Shown here: piece after piece, positions 8,534 through 17,063 of the stretch
How positions within the stretch are numbered: position 1 is the first letter of the stretch
How the letters are laid out: each line of letters opens with the position of its first letter
Source of the DNA: a virus
Length of the DNA: 64,000 bases
Direction: 5' to 3' (one strand)
IMG/VR virus record: IMGVR_UViG_2595698497_000001
Notes under the pieces: model-generated
Databases searched by the model: none
What the model saw: the letters and a program-made list of their open reading frames with translations, nothing else
Told to the model about the DNA's origin: nothing
Translations under genes and position numbers: made by a program

Positions 8534-9003
8534 GCATATGTATTGGAATGAGTAGCGTTCTTGCTGCTCTAACAACAGCTGTTATCGGTGAAGTATCACC
8601 GGAAGAAATTAAAACTTATATCTCGATAAATGCCGATCCTTGGGACAACAATGCTCAGATAAGCTTCAAAGAGCCTATGGGTTCTTTTGGTATTGAATAC
8701 GATGTTCATCCTAATGTAAGACTATTTGCAGAGCATTTATCATCCCCAATGCAATGTGACGATCACCCAGGAGTTAATCATGCAGGCGTCAAACTTCTCG
8801 CACCAATCAATAGCTTTACTATTTACTCTGGGATCAGCGTTAACAATTCTGATTTTGATAGTAATGATGGGTTTAACGGACCATTGGCATCATTAGGAGT
8901 GGAGTACGGCAATGATGTTAAAGTATATGCCGAGTACCTTGCCGGCATAGAAAAAATTGAGGATGGCAGAGCATCTTTTGGATTTAAGGTATTTTTCAAA
9001 TGA
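8530..9003 (+). CDS. putative small outer-membrane beta-barrel-like protein
   Basis: Signal-like N-terminus, amphipathic beta strands, aromatic C-terminal strand FGFKVFFK. Confidence 0.55.
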   Translation: MSICIGMSSVLAALTTAVIGEVSPEEIKTYISINADPWDNNAQISFKEPMGSFGIEYDVHPNVRLFAEHLSSPMQCDDHPGVNHAGVKLLAPINSFTIYSGISVNNSDFDSNDGFNGPLASLGVEYGNDVKVYAEYLAGIEKIEDGRASFGFKVFFK

Positions 9004-9131
9004 TCTTTGCAGATGTCTTACTTTGGGCAGCAGTACCCTTTGTACTATCCACAATCTATTTCGGGATACGAAAGGGTGAAAATAACTACTATGACTCAGA
9101 CGACTATGACGGAAATGGAACAGCGCATTGA
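9000..9131 (+). CDS. ndhP: NDH-1L complex small subunit NdhP
   Basis: 43-aa ORF MIFADVLLWAAVPFVLSTIYFGIRKGENNYYDSDDYDGNGTAH: TM helix plus the NdhP-type FG...YDxDxYxGNGxAH tail; ATGA-coupled; not in the track. Confidence 0.85.
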   Translation: MIFADVLLWAAVPFVLSTIYFGIRKGENNYYDSDDYDGNGTAH

Positions 9132-10458
9132 AATACTTACATCTCAAATAGTAATTTTTGGTGCAACAGGAGACTTATGTAAAAGAAAGCTAATTCCGTC
9201 TCTATATAAGCTTCATAAAAAAGATTTGCTCCCTAAAAATTTAACTATTGTTGGCACTTCTCGTAGAGAAATATCAAAAGAGTTTTGGATAGATTCTTTG
9301 GGAGAATATCCCGAGGATTTTTTGCATAGACTAGACTGGGTTTCCACAGATTTAGGATCTCAAGAAAGTCTTAGTAAGCTACCATCTGCAGACGATTCCA
9401 CTTACTTTTTATCTGTACCGCCGGAGAGATATGAATCAGCAATTACCAACCTCAAGGGAGCAGGACTCCTCGAAAACCCTGAACTTTCCCGCGTGGTTAT
9501 CGAAAAACCCTTTGGCCACGATTATAAATCTGCTGATAATTTATCAACTGTGGTTGCTAGACATTTACGCGAAAAGCAGGTTTATCGTATCGATCATTAT
9601 CTTGGTAAAGATACTGTTAATAACATTCTTGCTACAAGGTTTAGTAACATTCTCCTTGAGCCACTTTGGAATAGACAATACATAGAAGAGATACAAATTT
9701 TTGCTACAGAAACAATAGGGTGCGAAGGTAGAGCACAATATTATGAAACTGCAGGCCAAGTTCGCGATATGTTACAAAATCACATTCTTCAGGTTTTAGC
9801 TTTAATCGCCATGGAGCCACCAAGCAAAATGGATGCAAGGGAAGTAAGACGAGAGAAGACAAAAGTACTAGCAGCCACTAGAATATCAGAGAACATTATT
9901 CTCGGCCAATATGAAAAATATCGTGATGAAGAGGGCGTTGATCCTCGCAGTTCCACTCCTACCTATTTTGCTGGTACTTTATTCGTTGATAACTGGCGTT
10001 GGGAGGGAGTTCCTTTTAACGTAATGACAGGCAAAAAGATGCCATACGGTTGTGTTGAAGTTGTTATTAAGCTGAAAGCACCACCCCTAAAACTCTATGA
10101 AGGAGAAGTTAACGACCGTATTGTTATGCGTCTACAGCCTAATCCTCATTTGGATATTAGTATGGACATCAAATCACCTGGGCTTGGTGATGACCTTGAA
10201 CTGGCTACACTCACACATTCCTATCCACAAGATAGATCAGTAGATGGATATGAGAAACTTCTTTACGACGCAATTAACGGAGATCAGTCTCACTTTGTTC
10301 ACGCTGATGAAGTCATGGAATCATGGAGGATTGTTGATGATCTTCTCTGCACTGGTGACAGTTGTCCCATTCGCACTGCTCCTTATCTCTATAAGCCTGG
10401 GGTCTGGGGACCATATCACAAAGTCGAAAGAATAACTAAATGGGATTATCCTGCATGA
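9115..10458 (+). CDS. zwf: glucose-6-phosphate dehydrogenase
   Basis: IFGATGDL, EKPFG, RIDHYLGK, RDMLQNH; start likely 9115 because ndhP occupies the track's N-terminal extension. Confidence 0.96.
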   Translation: MEQRIEILTSQIVIFGATGDLCKRKLIPSLYKLHKKDLLPKNLTIVGTSRREISKEFWIDSLGEYPEDFLHRLDWVSTDLGSQESLSKLPSADDSTYFLSVPPERYESAITNLKGAGLLENPELSRVVIEKPFGHDYKSADNLSTVVARHLREKQVYRIDHYLGKDTVNNILATRFSNILLEPLWNRQYIEEIQIFATETIGCEGRAQYYETAGQVRDMLQNHILQVLALIAMEPPSKMDAREVRREKTKVLAATRISENIILGQYEKYRDEEGVDPRSSTPTYFAGTLFVDNWRWEGVPFNVMTGKKMPYGCVEVVIKLKAPPLKLYEGEVNDRIVMRLQPNPHLDISMDIKSPGLGDDLELATLTHSYPQDRSVDGYEKLLYDAINGDQSHFVHADEVMESWRIVDDLLCTGDSCPIRTAPYLYKPGVWGPYHKVERITKWDYPA

Positions 10459-10601
10459 GTTTAAACAAAAGAATCGGGCCTCTTTCCGCTCGGGAATTAA
10501 AAGAACAGAAAAAGTTATTCATATCGTTAAAAGAAAGAATAAGACAACTTCGTATGGCCGAGTATATCGACGACGATGAAGAGCCAGAAATCTTTTTCTA
10601 A
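10455..10601 (+). CDS. hypothetical protein
   Basis: 48-aa ORF coupled at both ends (ATGA, TAATG). Confidence 0.6.
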   Translation: MSLNKRIGPLSARELKEQKKLFISLKERIRQLRMAEYIDDDEEPEIFF

Positions 10602-10726
10602 TGAATAATATAAATGACCCGGTATGGAGCGTAATTATAATGATAGCCATAGGGTTAGCTTGTACTGGGTACGTTATTTACTACATACTAAAGCTAGCAA
10701 CAGAAGAAATGAACAAAAAGGATTGA
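10601..10726 (+). CDS. small single-TM protein
   Basis: 41-aa MNNINDPVWSVIIMIAIGLACTGYVIYYILK...; coupled to the upstream stop. Confidence 0.6.
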   Translation: MNNINDPVWSVIIMIAIGLACTGYVIYYILKLATEEMNKKD

Positions 10727-10751
10727 CATAACAAAATTTATAGTCTAAAAT
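10723..10751 (+). promoter_or_regulatory. sigma70-type promoter
   Basis: TTGACA-17 bp-TAAAAT. Confidence 0.8.
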
Positions 10752-10774
10752 TATATAGTATAAGCTATAGTGCT

Positions 10775-11290
10775 ATGAATGTATTTGTACTGGATAAGGA
10801 TCCAGAAAAAGCAGCACAATACCATTGCGATAAACATGTCAACAAGATGATTGTTGAGCATCTCCAAATGATGAGCATTGTTGCTGTAGTTAATGACTTA
10901 GATCCTGCAAAACGAACTAACGGTGAATTTTACAAAACTAGGATGTTCCGAAAGCATCCTTGTACCCTTTGGATGGGAGAAAGCTTTGGGAACTGGTCGT
11001 GGACTTATCACATGACCGAGTATCTTTGCGCAGAGTTTGAAAAGCGCTTTGGCCATCCGCATGGAGGAAAAGAAAGCCTAAAATCTTTGCTTAGAACACG
11101 TATTGCTCTTTCTAAAAAATTACCTCACGACATGACCGAGTTTGCTCAGGCTATGCCAGATGAGTGTAAAGTAGAAGGAGATGCCGTGGCAGCTTATAGG
11201 GACTATTACAACAAGCACAAGCATGACTTCGCCACATGGAAAACCGAAACCCCATATTGGTGGGCACCTGTTATTACCGAGGAAGAATAG
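10775..11290 (+). CDS. pyrimidine-dimer DNA glycosylase/DenV-like protein
   Basis: MNVFVLDKDP..AAQYHCDKHVNKM, HPCTLW, AQAMP, AYRDYY family motifs. Confidence 0.75.
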   Translation: MNVFVLDKDPEKAAQYHCDKHVNKMIVEHLQMMSIVAVVNDLDPAKRTNGEFYKTRMFRKHPCTLWMGESFGNWSWTYHMTEYLCAEFEKRFGHPHGGKESLKSLLRTRIALSKKLPHDMTEFAQAMPDECKVEGDAVAAYRDYYNKHKHDFATWKTETPYWWAPVITEEE

Positions 11291-11924
11291 TTATTGCATA
11301 GTTGGAGATCTACACGGACGTATAGAAACTCTTGAAAAAATTGTTAGCAAAGCTCCAGATCTTCATTACGTACTCATAGGAGATAGCATACATCACAAGC
11401 CTTTCTTTAAGAGAACAAAGAAAACTTCTCCGGTAAGAATTTTAGAGTATATAAAACATATGCACGAAGAAGAGAAAATGACTCTTCTATTGGGAAATAA
11501 CGAAAACTACATTTTAGAAAACTTAGTAACAAGTGAAGAGAATATAATTAAGAAAGAGACCCGGTACACTTTAAAATGTCTAAGAGAGCTTGATTTTGAT
11601 ACAAGGCTAGGTATTATATCTTGGTTAGCCCGGTGCCCTCTTACAGCCACGATTAAATCAAATAAAAAAACCTATCGACTAGGTCACGGACTTTACTACG
11701 ACAAGGTAACAAAATCTAACCGTGAAAGAATACTTTCAGGTCCCGGTTACCCGTGGTGGAAAGACAACCTAGAAGAATTCTGTCCTAATAAGAAAGAGAT
11801 TTATATCCACGGCCACTACGGCTATCCTTATATACGCAAAAACTTACGCATTATCGATGCAACTAACTTTGAAGGCGTTGGCCTTTATTACGTAGACCGG
11901 GAGGAGTTCCTGATCCACTATTGA
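11223..11924 (+). CDS. calcineurin-like metallophosphoesterase
   Basis: GDLHG, IGD, LGNNE and HGH motifs; start codon uncertain. Confidence 0.8.
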   Translation: MTSPHGKPKPHIGGHLLLPRKNSYCIVGDLHGRIETLEKIVSKAPDLHYVLIGDSIHHKPFFKRTKKTSPVRILEYIKHMHEEEKMTLLLGNNENYILENLVTSEENIIKKETRYTLKCLRELDFDTRLGIISWLARCPLTATIKSNKKTYRLGHGLYYDKVTKSNRERILSGPGYPWWKDNLEEFCPNKKEIYIHGHYGYPYIRKNLRIIDATNFEGVGLYYVDREEFLIHY

Positions 11925-11949
11925 CAGGATCAGCTTCTTGGTCTATAAT
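11921..11949 (+). promoter_or_regulatory. sigma70-type promoter of the DNA polymerase gene
   Basis: Perfect TTGACA-17 bp-TATAAT. Confidence 0.9.
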
Positions 11950-11969
11950 AGTAAAAACTGCTCTTGTTT

Positions 11970-14654
11970 ATGTCCAAACTTAATGTCCTGGGTTATGCCA
12001 CTCTTTCAGATGGGATGAATCGCCAGGTGTTCGGAGATTGCAAGACATCTCCTGTAAAACCTGAAACTATTAAAAGCATCAAAGCTTCGATGGAAAACTT
12101 CGGAGTTACGTTTCCTATCGAAAACCCAGAAAGCTTTTTCATGGAAGATTTCAAACTTCCAGAACTAAAGGGAAAAAATATTAAAGAACACTTCGAGAAT
12201 ATCTCCAAAGCCCTTGTATCGGACCAAGTCAAGATCATGAAAGATTTTGCTTACTCCGAGCTACCTAAAAAGCCTAGCACCGAATATATCGTTAACACGC
12301 CGGGATGGACCAAATATACGCCAACTAAAACCGGGTTTGATATCACCCATCCTAAGGTAATCGAAGAAGATATTGCTGTATTTGACTGTGAGACTTTTGT
12401 TAAAGGATCTGACTTCTCTCACCCCATCCTCGCCTCTGCAGTTACGGACACTGCTTACTATATCTGGATGCATGATTGTTATGTAGATCCTTCGATTGAG
12501 TATTACACTACTCTTGTTCCGGTCGGTGATAACAAAGTATTTATTGCTCACAACGTAGCTTATGACCGAGCTCGTTGCGCAGAATCATATGACATTACCA
12601 AGAATAACTATTGGTTTGACACCATGTCAGCCCACATTAATGTCTCTGGATTGGCTTCAGGGCAGAGATGGTGGTATGTGCAAAAAACCGCCAAGAAATC
12701 GAGCTTTAAGGCCGATCCTATCTGGGCTGATAAGGGGTCTTTGAATGGATTGGTAGATTGCTATAACTTCCACTGTCAGCCTATGATTCCTCTGCAACCA
12801 GAAGATAAAAAAATTAGAGATGTCTTTGTTGTAAGTGAGACCATGGAGCAGATTTGTGAACTCCGAGATGACCTAACTCAGTATGCTCTCAAAGACGCAG
12901 AGATCACTCAAGAGTTGTATTCTATTCTTATTCTTAAGTACCTTCAAAACAACCCGTCGCTGACAACTCTACTCGGTCACTTTGGTATCTCTTCTGCTTT
13001 CCTTCCCGTTGTTGATGATTGGAAAGAATGGTTTGAAGGTTGCGAGAAGGTTTGGAATGAGTCTATTGCTCGGCAAGAAGAGATTCTTGGCCAAATGGCT
13101 CAAGAGATTTACGATGCTTGGAATCAAGGAGAGATCGATGTTGACTCAGATCCTTGGCTGTCTCAGATGGATTGGGAATGCAACTTCAAACTTACTAAAG
13201 CAGGAAAGCCTTCTTCTAAATGGTACGGTATTCCCAAGTGGCTGAGGAGTGTTTCTGAGATTCAAAAGACTGAAGAGGGAAACAAGCTTGTTATCGGTGG
13301 TATCTCTACTAAAAATCGTTTGTCTCACTTTCTTCTTCGACTCAAGTGGGATGATACTCCTATGACCTACTTCACAGAGAAGGGGTGGTGTTTCCTTGAT
13401 GAAGATATGGGAGAGTTTATTCGAGTTCCCCACCCTAAGGGCGAAGGAGAGAACGTCGGTGGTGTACTTTCTAAAGACTATGCCGATGACTTTGAAACTG
13501 GAATGCTTAGCTCTGACCTTCCTCAGGCTAAAGAACTGATCAAACTTGCAATTAACGTATCCTACTGGACCTCGGTTCGCAGCCGAGTTCGTGAACAATA
13601 TGTCTCTAAAGTCAACAATCCTCTCGGCAAAAAATTCAATCTTATTGTCCCTGCAACGGTTCCACATAATACTTCTACTAACCGCGCTGGAGAAAATCTC
13701 TGGCTCACGGTTCCTGATCCAAAGTATGACAAAATTGGATCCGAGATCAAAACCCGAGTACAAGCTCCTGATGGTTGGGTTTTTGTTGAATCAGATTTTG
13801 ATGCCCAAGAGGCTGTTGTTGCTTCCATCTTTGCTGATTCCTATCACAAAGTGGCTGGGTCGACTCAGTTCTCCCATGCTATCCTTGCAGGATCGAAAGA
13901 CAACGGAACAGACATGCACTCAATGACTGCAAAAGCAATCGGGATCTCTCGAGCTGTTGCTAAGGGTTGTAACTATGGTATGCTATATGGCTGCGGGGCC
14001 AAGACTCTTGCAAACACCATCCGAAAGGGCAATAAGTCTATCCCCATGAAGCAAGCAGTTGACATGGGCAAGAAGCTCATTGAGATCAAGAAAGGACGCA
14101 AAGCATATCGAGGTATGAGGGAACTTATCGGCGGATCTGACTCATATGCTTACAACGAGATGGCAAAGATTGCTTGTGAGAAAACTCCTATTAATCCCTT
14201 GAGCGGAACTAAAATGTCTACCGCATTCCGTCCTAGTTCAGTTGGCGATGACTTCTGGACCATGAGGAATAACTGGTGTATTCAATCAACCGGAAGTGCT
14301 ATGCTTCATGCTTTCATGGCTGCTATGGAGTGGCTTATCAAAGACCACGGACTCAATGCAAAATTTAATATGTCTGTACATGACAGTATTTTGTATATGT
14401 GTCCAAAGGAAGAAGCAGAGAAAGTTGCAGCTTTATTCCAAGTAGCTCATGCCTGGTGCTGGGCTTGGATGCGATACAATTACGGAATCTACGAGCTTCC
14501 CGTTGCTAACGCATGGCTCTCTTCCATTGAGATTGACCACATCTTCCGTAAAGCTGCAGACGCAAGCACAAACACAGTATCTCAACAAAAGAAAGAAAAT
14601 GACGGACACTCAGTTACAATCAAAGACCTTATCCCCGTCTTTGAAAACCTTTGA
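11970..14654 (+). CDS. family A DNA polymerase, mitochondrial Pol-gamma-like
   Basis: Exonuclease FDCETF, AHNVAYDRAR, FDTMSAHINVSG; polymerase SDFDAQE, GTDMHSMTAKAIGISRAVAKGCNYGMLYG, NWCIQS, SVHDS parallel PolG motifs. Confidence 0.93.
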   Translation: MSKLNVLGYATLSDGMNRQVFGDCKTSPVKPETIKSIKASMENFGVTFPIENPESFFMEDFKLPELKGKNIKEHFENISKALVSDQVKIMKDFAYSELPKKPSTEYIVNTPGWTKYTPTKTGFDITHPKVIEEDIAVFDCETFVKGSDFSHPILASAVTDTAYYIWMHDCYVDPSIEYYTTLVPVGDNKVFIAHNVAYDRARCAESYDITKNNYWFDTMSAHINVSGLASGQRWWYVQKTAKKSSFKADPIWADKGSLNGLVDCYNFHCQPMIPLQPEDKKIRDVFVVSETMEQICELRDDLTQYALKDAEITQELYSILILKYLQNNPSLTTLLGHFGISSAFLPVVDDWKEWFEGCEKVWNESIARQEEILGQMAQEIYDAWNQGEIDVDSDPWLSQMDWECNFKLTKAGKPSSKWYGIPKWLRSVSEIQKTEEGNKLVIGGISTKNRLSHFLLRLKWDDTPMTYFTEKGWCFLDEDMGEFIRVPHPKGEGENVGGVLSKDYADDFETGMLSSDLPQAKELIKLAINVSYWTSVRSRVREQYVSKVNNPLGKKFNLIVPATVPHNTSTNRAGENLWLTVPDPKYDKIGSEIKTRVQAPDGWVFVESDFDAQEAVVASIFADSYHKVAGSTQFSHAILAGSKDNGTDMHSMTAKAIGISRAVAKGCNYGMLYGCGAKTLANTIRKGNKSIPMKQAVDMGKKLIEIKKGRKAYRGMRELIGGSDSYAYNEMAKIACEKTPINPLSGTKMSTAFRPSSVGDDFWTMRNNWCIQSTGSAMLHAFMAAMEWLIKDHGLNAKFNMSVHDSILYMCPKEEAEKVAALFQVAHAWCWAWMRYNYGIYELPVANAWLSSIEIDHIFRKAADASTNTVSQQKKENDGHSVTIKDLIPVFENL

Positions 14655-14916
14655 TGAAATAAATCAATACTTTCAGACCAAGTACGGGCTGTCTCTTTTT
14701 ATGCAAGAGGAGCCCTACTTGATGGATGGAAAGAAACCTCAGTATTGGGTCGGGATAAATAGCACAGAGATGGCGTTATTAAAAGCCAACGGAGACTTTA
14801 CAACAAAGTATCCTAAAAAGGCAAACATGACAAAAAACGCAGGGCATCGGTGCATTACACTCAATACTCTGCGTAATAATATCCAGAAAGGAAAAATGTT
14901 ATTTATGAGGGCTTAA
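14641..14916 (+). CDS. hypothetical protein
   Basis: TTG start overlapping the pol end; 3' part of track ORF 14449..14916. Confidence 0.55.
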   Translation: MKTFDEINQYFQTKYGLSLFMQEEPYLMDGKKPQYWVGINSTEMALLKANGDFTTKYPKKANMTKNAGHRCITLNTLRNNIQKGKMLFMRA

Positions 14917-15847
14917 GATAAATATCGTCGGGTTTAAAGGAAATATCAACTTGTTTTGCGGACGTTTCTGGATCTTTATTTGGAACAGTCCCGGCTTCAT
15001 TTCTCCATAGTCCAAAATCAATATTAAGTTTGAACCAGGGCGGATAATCTCCTTCTTTGGTTTTATCACATTTCCAAACTTTTTGAAGCCCACCCTCGAT
15101 AACTTTAGTGTTATCTATCACTTCTTCTCCATCAGAGTTAACGCTAATTGCCTCGTTAGGAATAAATTTATAAGTTGCCGAGCCATCTTCTGCAAGCCCG
15201 CAGGTTAGTTTTAACCTATCACCAAACCTTCTTTCACAACCTTTTAAATCCTCAACAATATAGCTTTCTGTAGTTTCTGGACTAGTAATTCTAGACCATA
15301 CTGCAAGTCCTGTATTTATCCCATCCTGAGTCTGCAAACATTTTCTCGTTGGCAAGAAGTCTTCAATAGATATAGGATCAAATGCTGCACAAGGCTGAGT
15401 ATAGAATCGTCCATCTGATACAGAAAGAGCTACAGTATAATTTTGTTCATAGATAAATTGAGAAGAATCTGTTACTTGAACAAATCTCTCGCTATCTAGC
15501 TCAAATCCTGTAGCAAACTCTAAGCCCGGTACTTCAGGAACCCATCCAGTTACTGCGTCGGCAATAAGATCTAGCATGGGCAAAGCAAAGCTATGTCCTT
15601 CTCTCTGAACTTGTTTTTGAACCAGAGTTACAGAATAAGTCATTCGTCTGGTTCTTACAGTAGGTATATAGGCTCCTCCGCCAGATTCGTTAGTTGTTGA
15701 ACCAGAAACAAAACTAACTATAATCATAGTTTGTTCTGCAACTCTACCCGATTGATCCAGCTCTTCTGCAAGACGCAAGACTACAGCACTCTGTCCTATT
15801 GCAGAGTGAACTCTAGAGTAAAGCTGGTTTTCAATTTCTAAAAGCAT
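14903..15847 (-). CDS. Mu gp37-like tail completion protein with C-terminal extension
   Basis: N-terminal EIENQL..R pattern, LDLIADAVTGWVP, position downstream of the gp36-like gene. Confidence 0.6.
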   Translation of the reverse strand: MLLEIENQLYSRVHSAIGQSAVVLRLAEELDQSGRVAEQTMIIVSFVSGSTTNESGGGAYIPTVRTRRMTYSVTLVQKQVQREGHSFALPMLDLIADAVTGWVPEVPGLEFATGFELDSERFVQVTDSSQFIYEQNYTVALSVSDGRFYTQPCAAFDPISIEDFLPTRKCLQTQDGINTGLAVWSRITSPETTESYIVEDLKGCERRFGDRLKLTCGLAEDGSATYKFIPNEAISVNSDGEEVIDNTKVIEGGLQKVWKCDKTKEGDYPPWFKLNIDFGLWRNEAGTVPNKDPETSAKQVDISFKPDDIYLKPS

Positions 15848-16182
15848 TAAAACTCGCCGCCAGAAAGAAAGTCAACTAAGACCCATTTGCCGGTAGTATC
15901 GTTGTAAATAAGAATATCTCCCTTCTTTACATTACGAGTAAACTCAACGTCTGATAGGTCTTGTAATTTTCTTGTAGACTCTAAACTAATAATATATTGT
16001 CTAAGCTTATCAGCACTTTCTTTATAAGAAGTACCATCTGGAAAAACTGCAGCTAGAGACTGAGTTTTGTATCCGTAGCAGTTGTTACTATTATTTACGA
16101 TTTGGAACTGACCCGGTGAATACGTAGTACCAGAACCGGAATTACATGTACAAGTACTACCACCACAAGTTTTGCAAGACAT
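15847..16182 (-). CDS. small virion protein
   Basis: Cys-rich N-terminus; LQDLSDV...GDILIYN...GKWV fibre-type motif. Confidence 0.65.
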   Translation of the reverse strand: MSCKTCGGSTCTCNSGSGTTYSPGQFQIVNNSNNCYGYKTQSLAAVFPDGTSYKESADKLRQYIISLESTRKLQDLSDVEFTRNVKKGDILIYNDTTGKWVLVDFLSGGEF

Positions 16183-16979
16183 TAGAAAGTATCTCCTGTA
16201 TTTAATCCGCCGTAATTATCAAATTCGCCATCTGCCGACTCTGTTTCGTTATCTGCAACTAGTGCATCTCCGCAGTCAGCCTCAGCCGCATCTTCTGTAT
16301 TTGTAAAGCTAGATAGGCTTCTTGTGCTTTCTAGAGCATCAAATACCTGGTTAACTTTATATGTGCTATCTCCGAGCATGTTATCAATTCCTTGAGTCTC
16401 AAGATTAAGTCCTTCTTGGCCCACTGTATTTCTAACAAATGCTTCTCTGTTGGGAGCAAGCCAGCGACGATCATTGCTGCCTTCACGGAGCACCCACTTA
16501 TTGAGAGAAGGTTCAGTAAAGCTTCTGCCTCTTTGATAGGAGCTCTTAGTCATAGAACAACTAGATCTCCAGAAGCGATAAGCCTCTTCCCATTTAAGCC
16601 CGGTACTTGGGCTACCTTTAGCCGCCCATAGTTCTAATTGCTGCAGAGCTTTTTCTGCTGCCTCTTGAACTTGCGTACGAGGTCTTAATACATCAAGATA
16701 ATATCTAGCAATTGTGGCCTGAGTTCTTCTATAAGAGCCGGCAATTAGAATCTTACCTTGAGGCGGTGCGCTATCAATATAGTTATTAATTAGCTGACCA
16801 GCGTCATTTAAAGCTAGTTGGATTTTAGTTACATCTATACCGTTTCCGGTTGGATCTTCAATATTAGAAAGCTCTACAGCTTCTTGAAATCCAAAAACAG
16901 AAATAAAATAATCTACTGTAGCTGGGGTACAATTATTTGCGACTCCGTATATGTCTCTAGGCGGTTGAGGACCTGGCAT
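16182..16979 (-). CDS. Mu gp36-like (DUF1320) head-tail connector
   Basis: FG..E..ELS, IQLALNDAGQLINNYI and IARYYL motifs; follows the capsid gene. Confidence 0.8.
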   Translation of the reverse strand: MPGPQPPRDIYGVANNCTPATVDYFISVFGFQEAVELSNIEDPTGNGIDVTKIQLALNDAGQLINNYIDSAPPQGKILIAGSYRRTQATIARYYLDVLRPRTQVQEAAEKALQQLELWAAKGSPSTGLKWEEAYRFWRSSCSMTKSSYQRGRSFTEPSLNKWVLREGSNDRRWLAPNREAFVRNTVGQEGLNLETQGIDNMLGDSTYKVNQVFDALESTRSLSSFTNTEDAAEADCGDALVADNETESADGEFDNYGGLNTGDTF

Positions 16980-17003
16980 AAACTTATATCTTTCTTCTTT
17001 TTA

Positions 17004-17011
17004 CTTTAAAC
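17004..17011 (-). promoter_or_regulatory. GTTTAAAG box (candidate late promoter)
   Basis: 24 nt upstream of ATG 16979, just past the capsid terminator. Confidence 0.65.
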
Positions 17012-17037
17012 AAAAAGGGCTGACCCGAAGGCCAGCC
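17012..17037 (-). terminator. intrinsic terminator after the major capsid gene
   Basis: Minus strand GGCTGGCC-TTCG-GGTCAGCC followed by CTTTTT; cUUCGg tetraloop. Confidence 0.9.
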
Positions 17038-17063
17038 ACTTTGTTAGGTTGAATGATAATGTA

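Noticed and set aside
9007..9114. N-terminal extension of Zwf given in the ORF track
   Set aside because: The region is better explained by ndhP in another frame; Zwf similarity begins near MEQRIEILTS.
10601..10726. PsbN-like TGYxIY motif in a small TM protein
   Set aside because: It lacks the conserved PsbN C-terminal DPFEEHED-type motif, so it is left as hypothetical.
11970..14654. Intron or intein in the DNA polymerase
   Set aside because: The ORF is continuous, motifs are at plausible spacing, and no splice-junction or homing endonuclease signature was seen.
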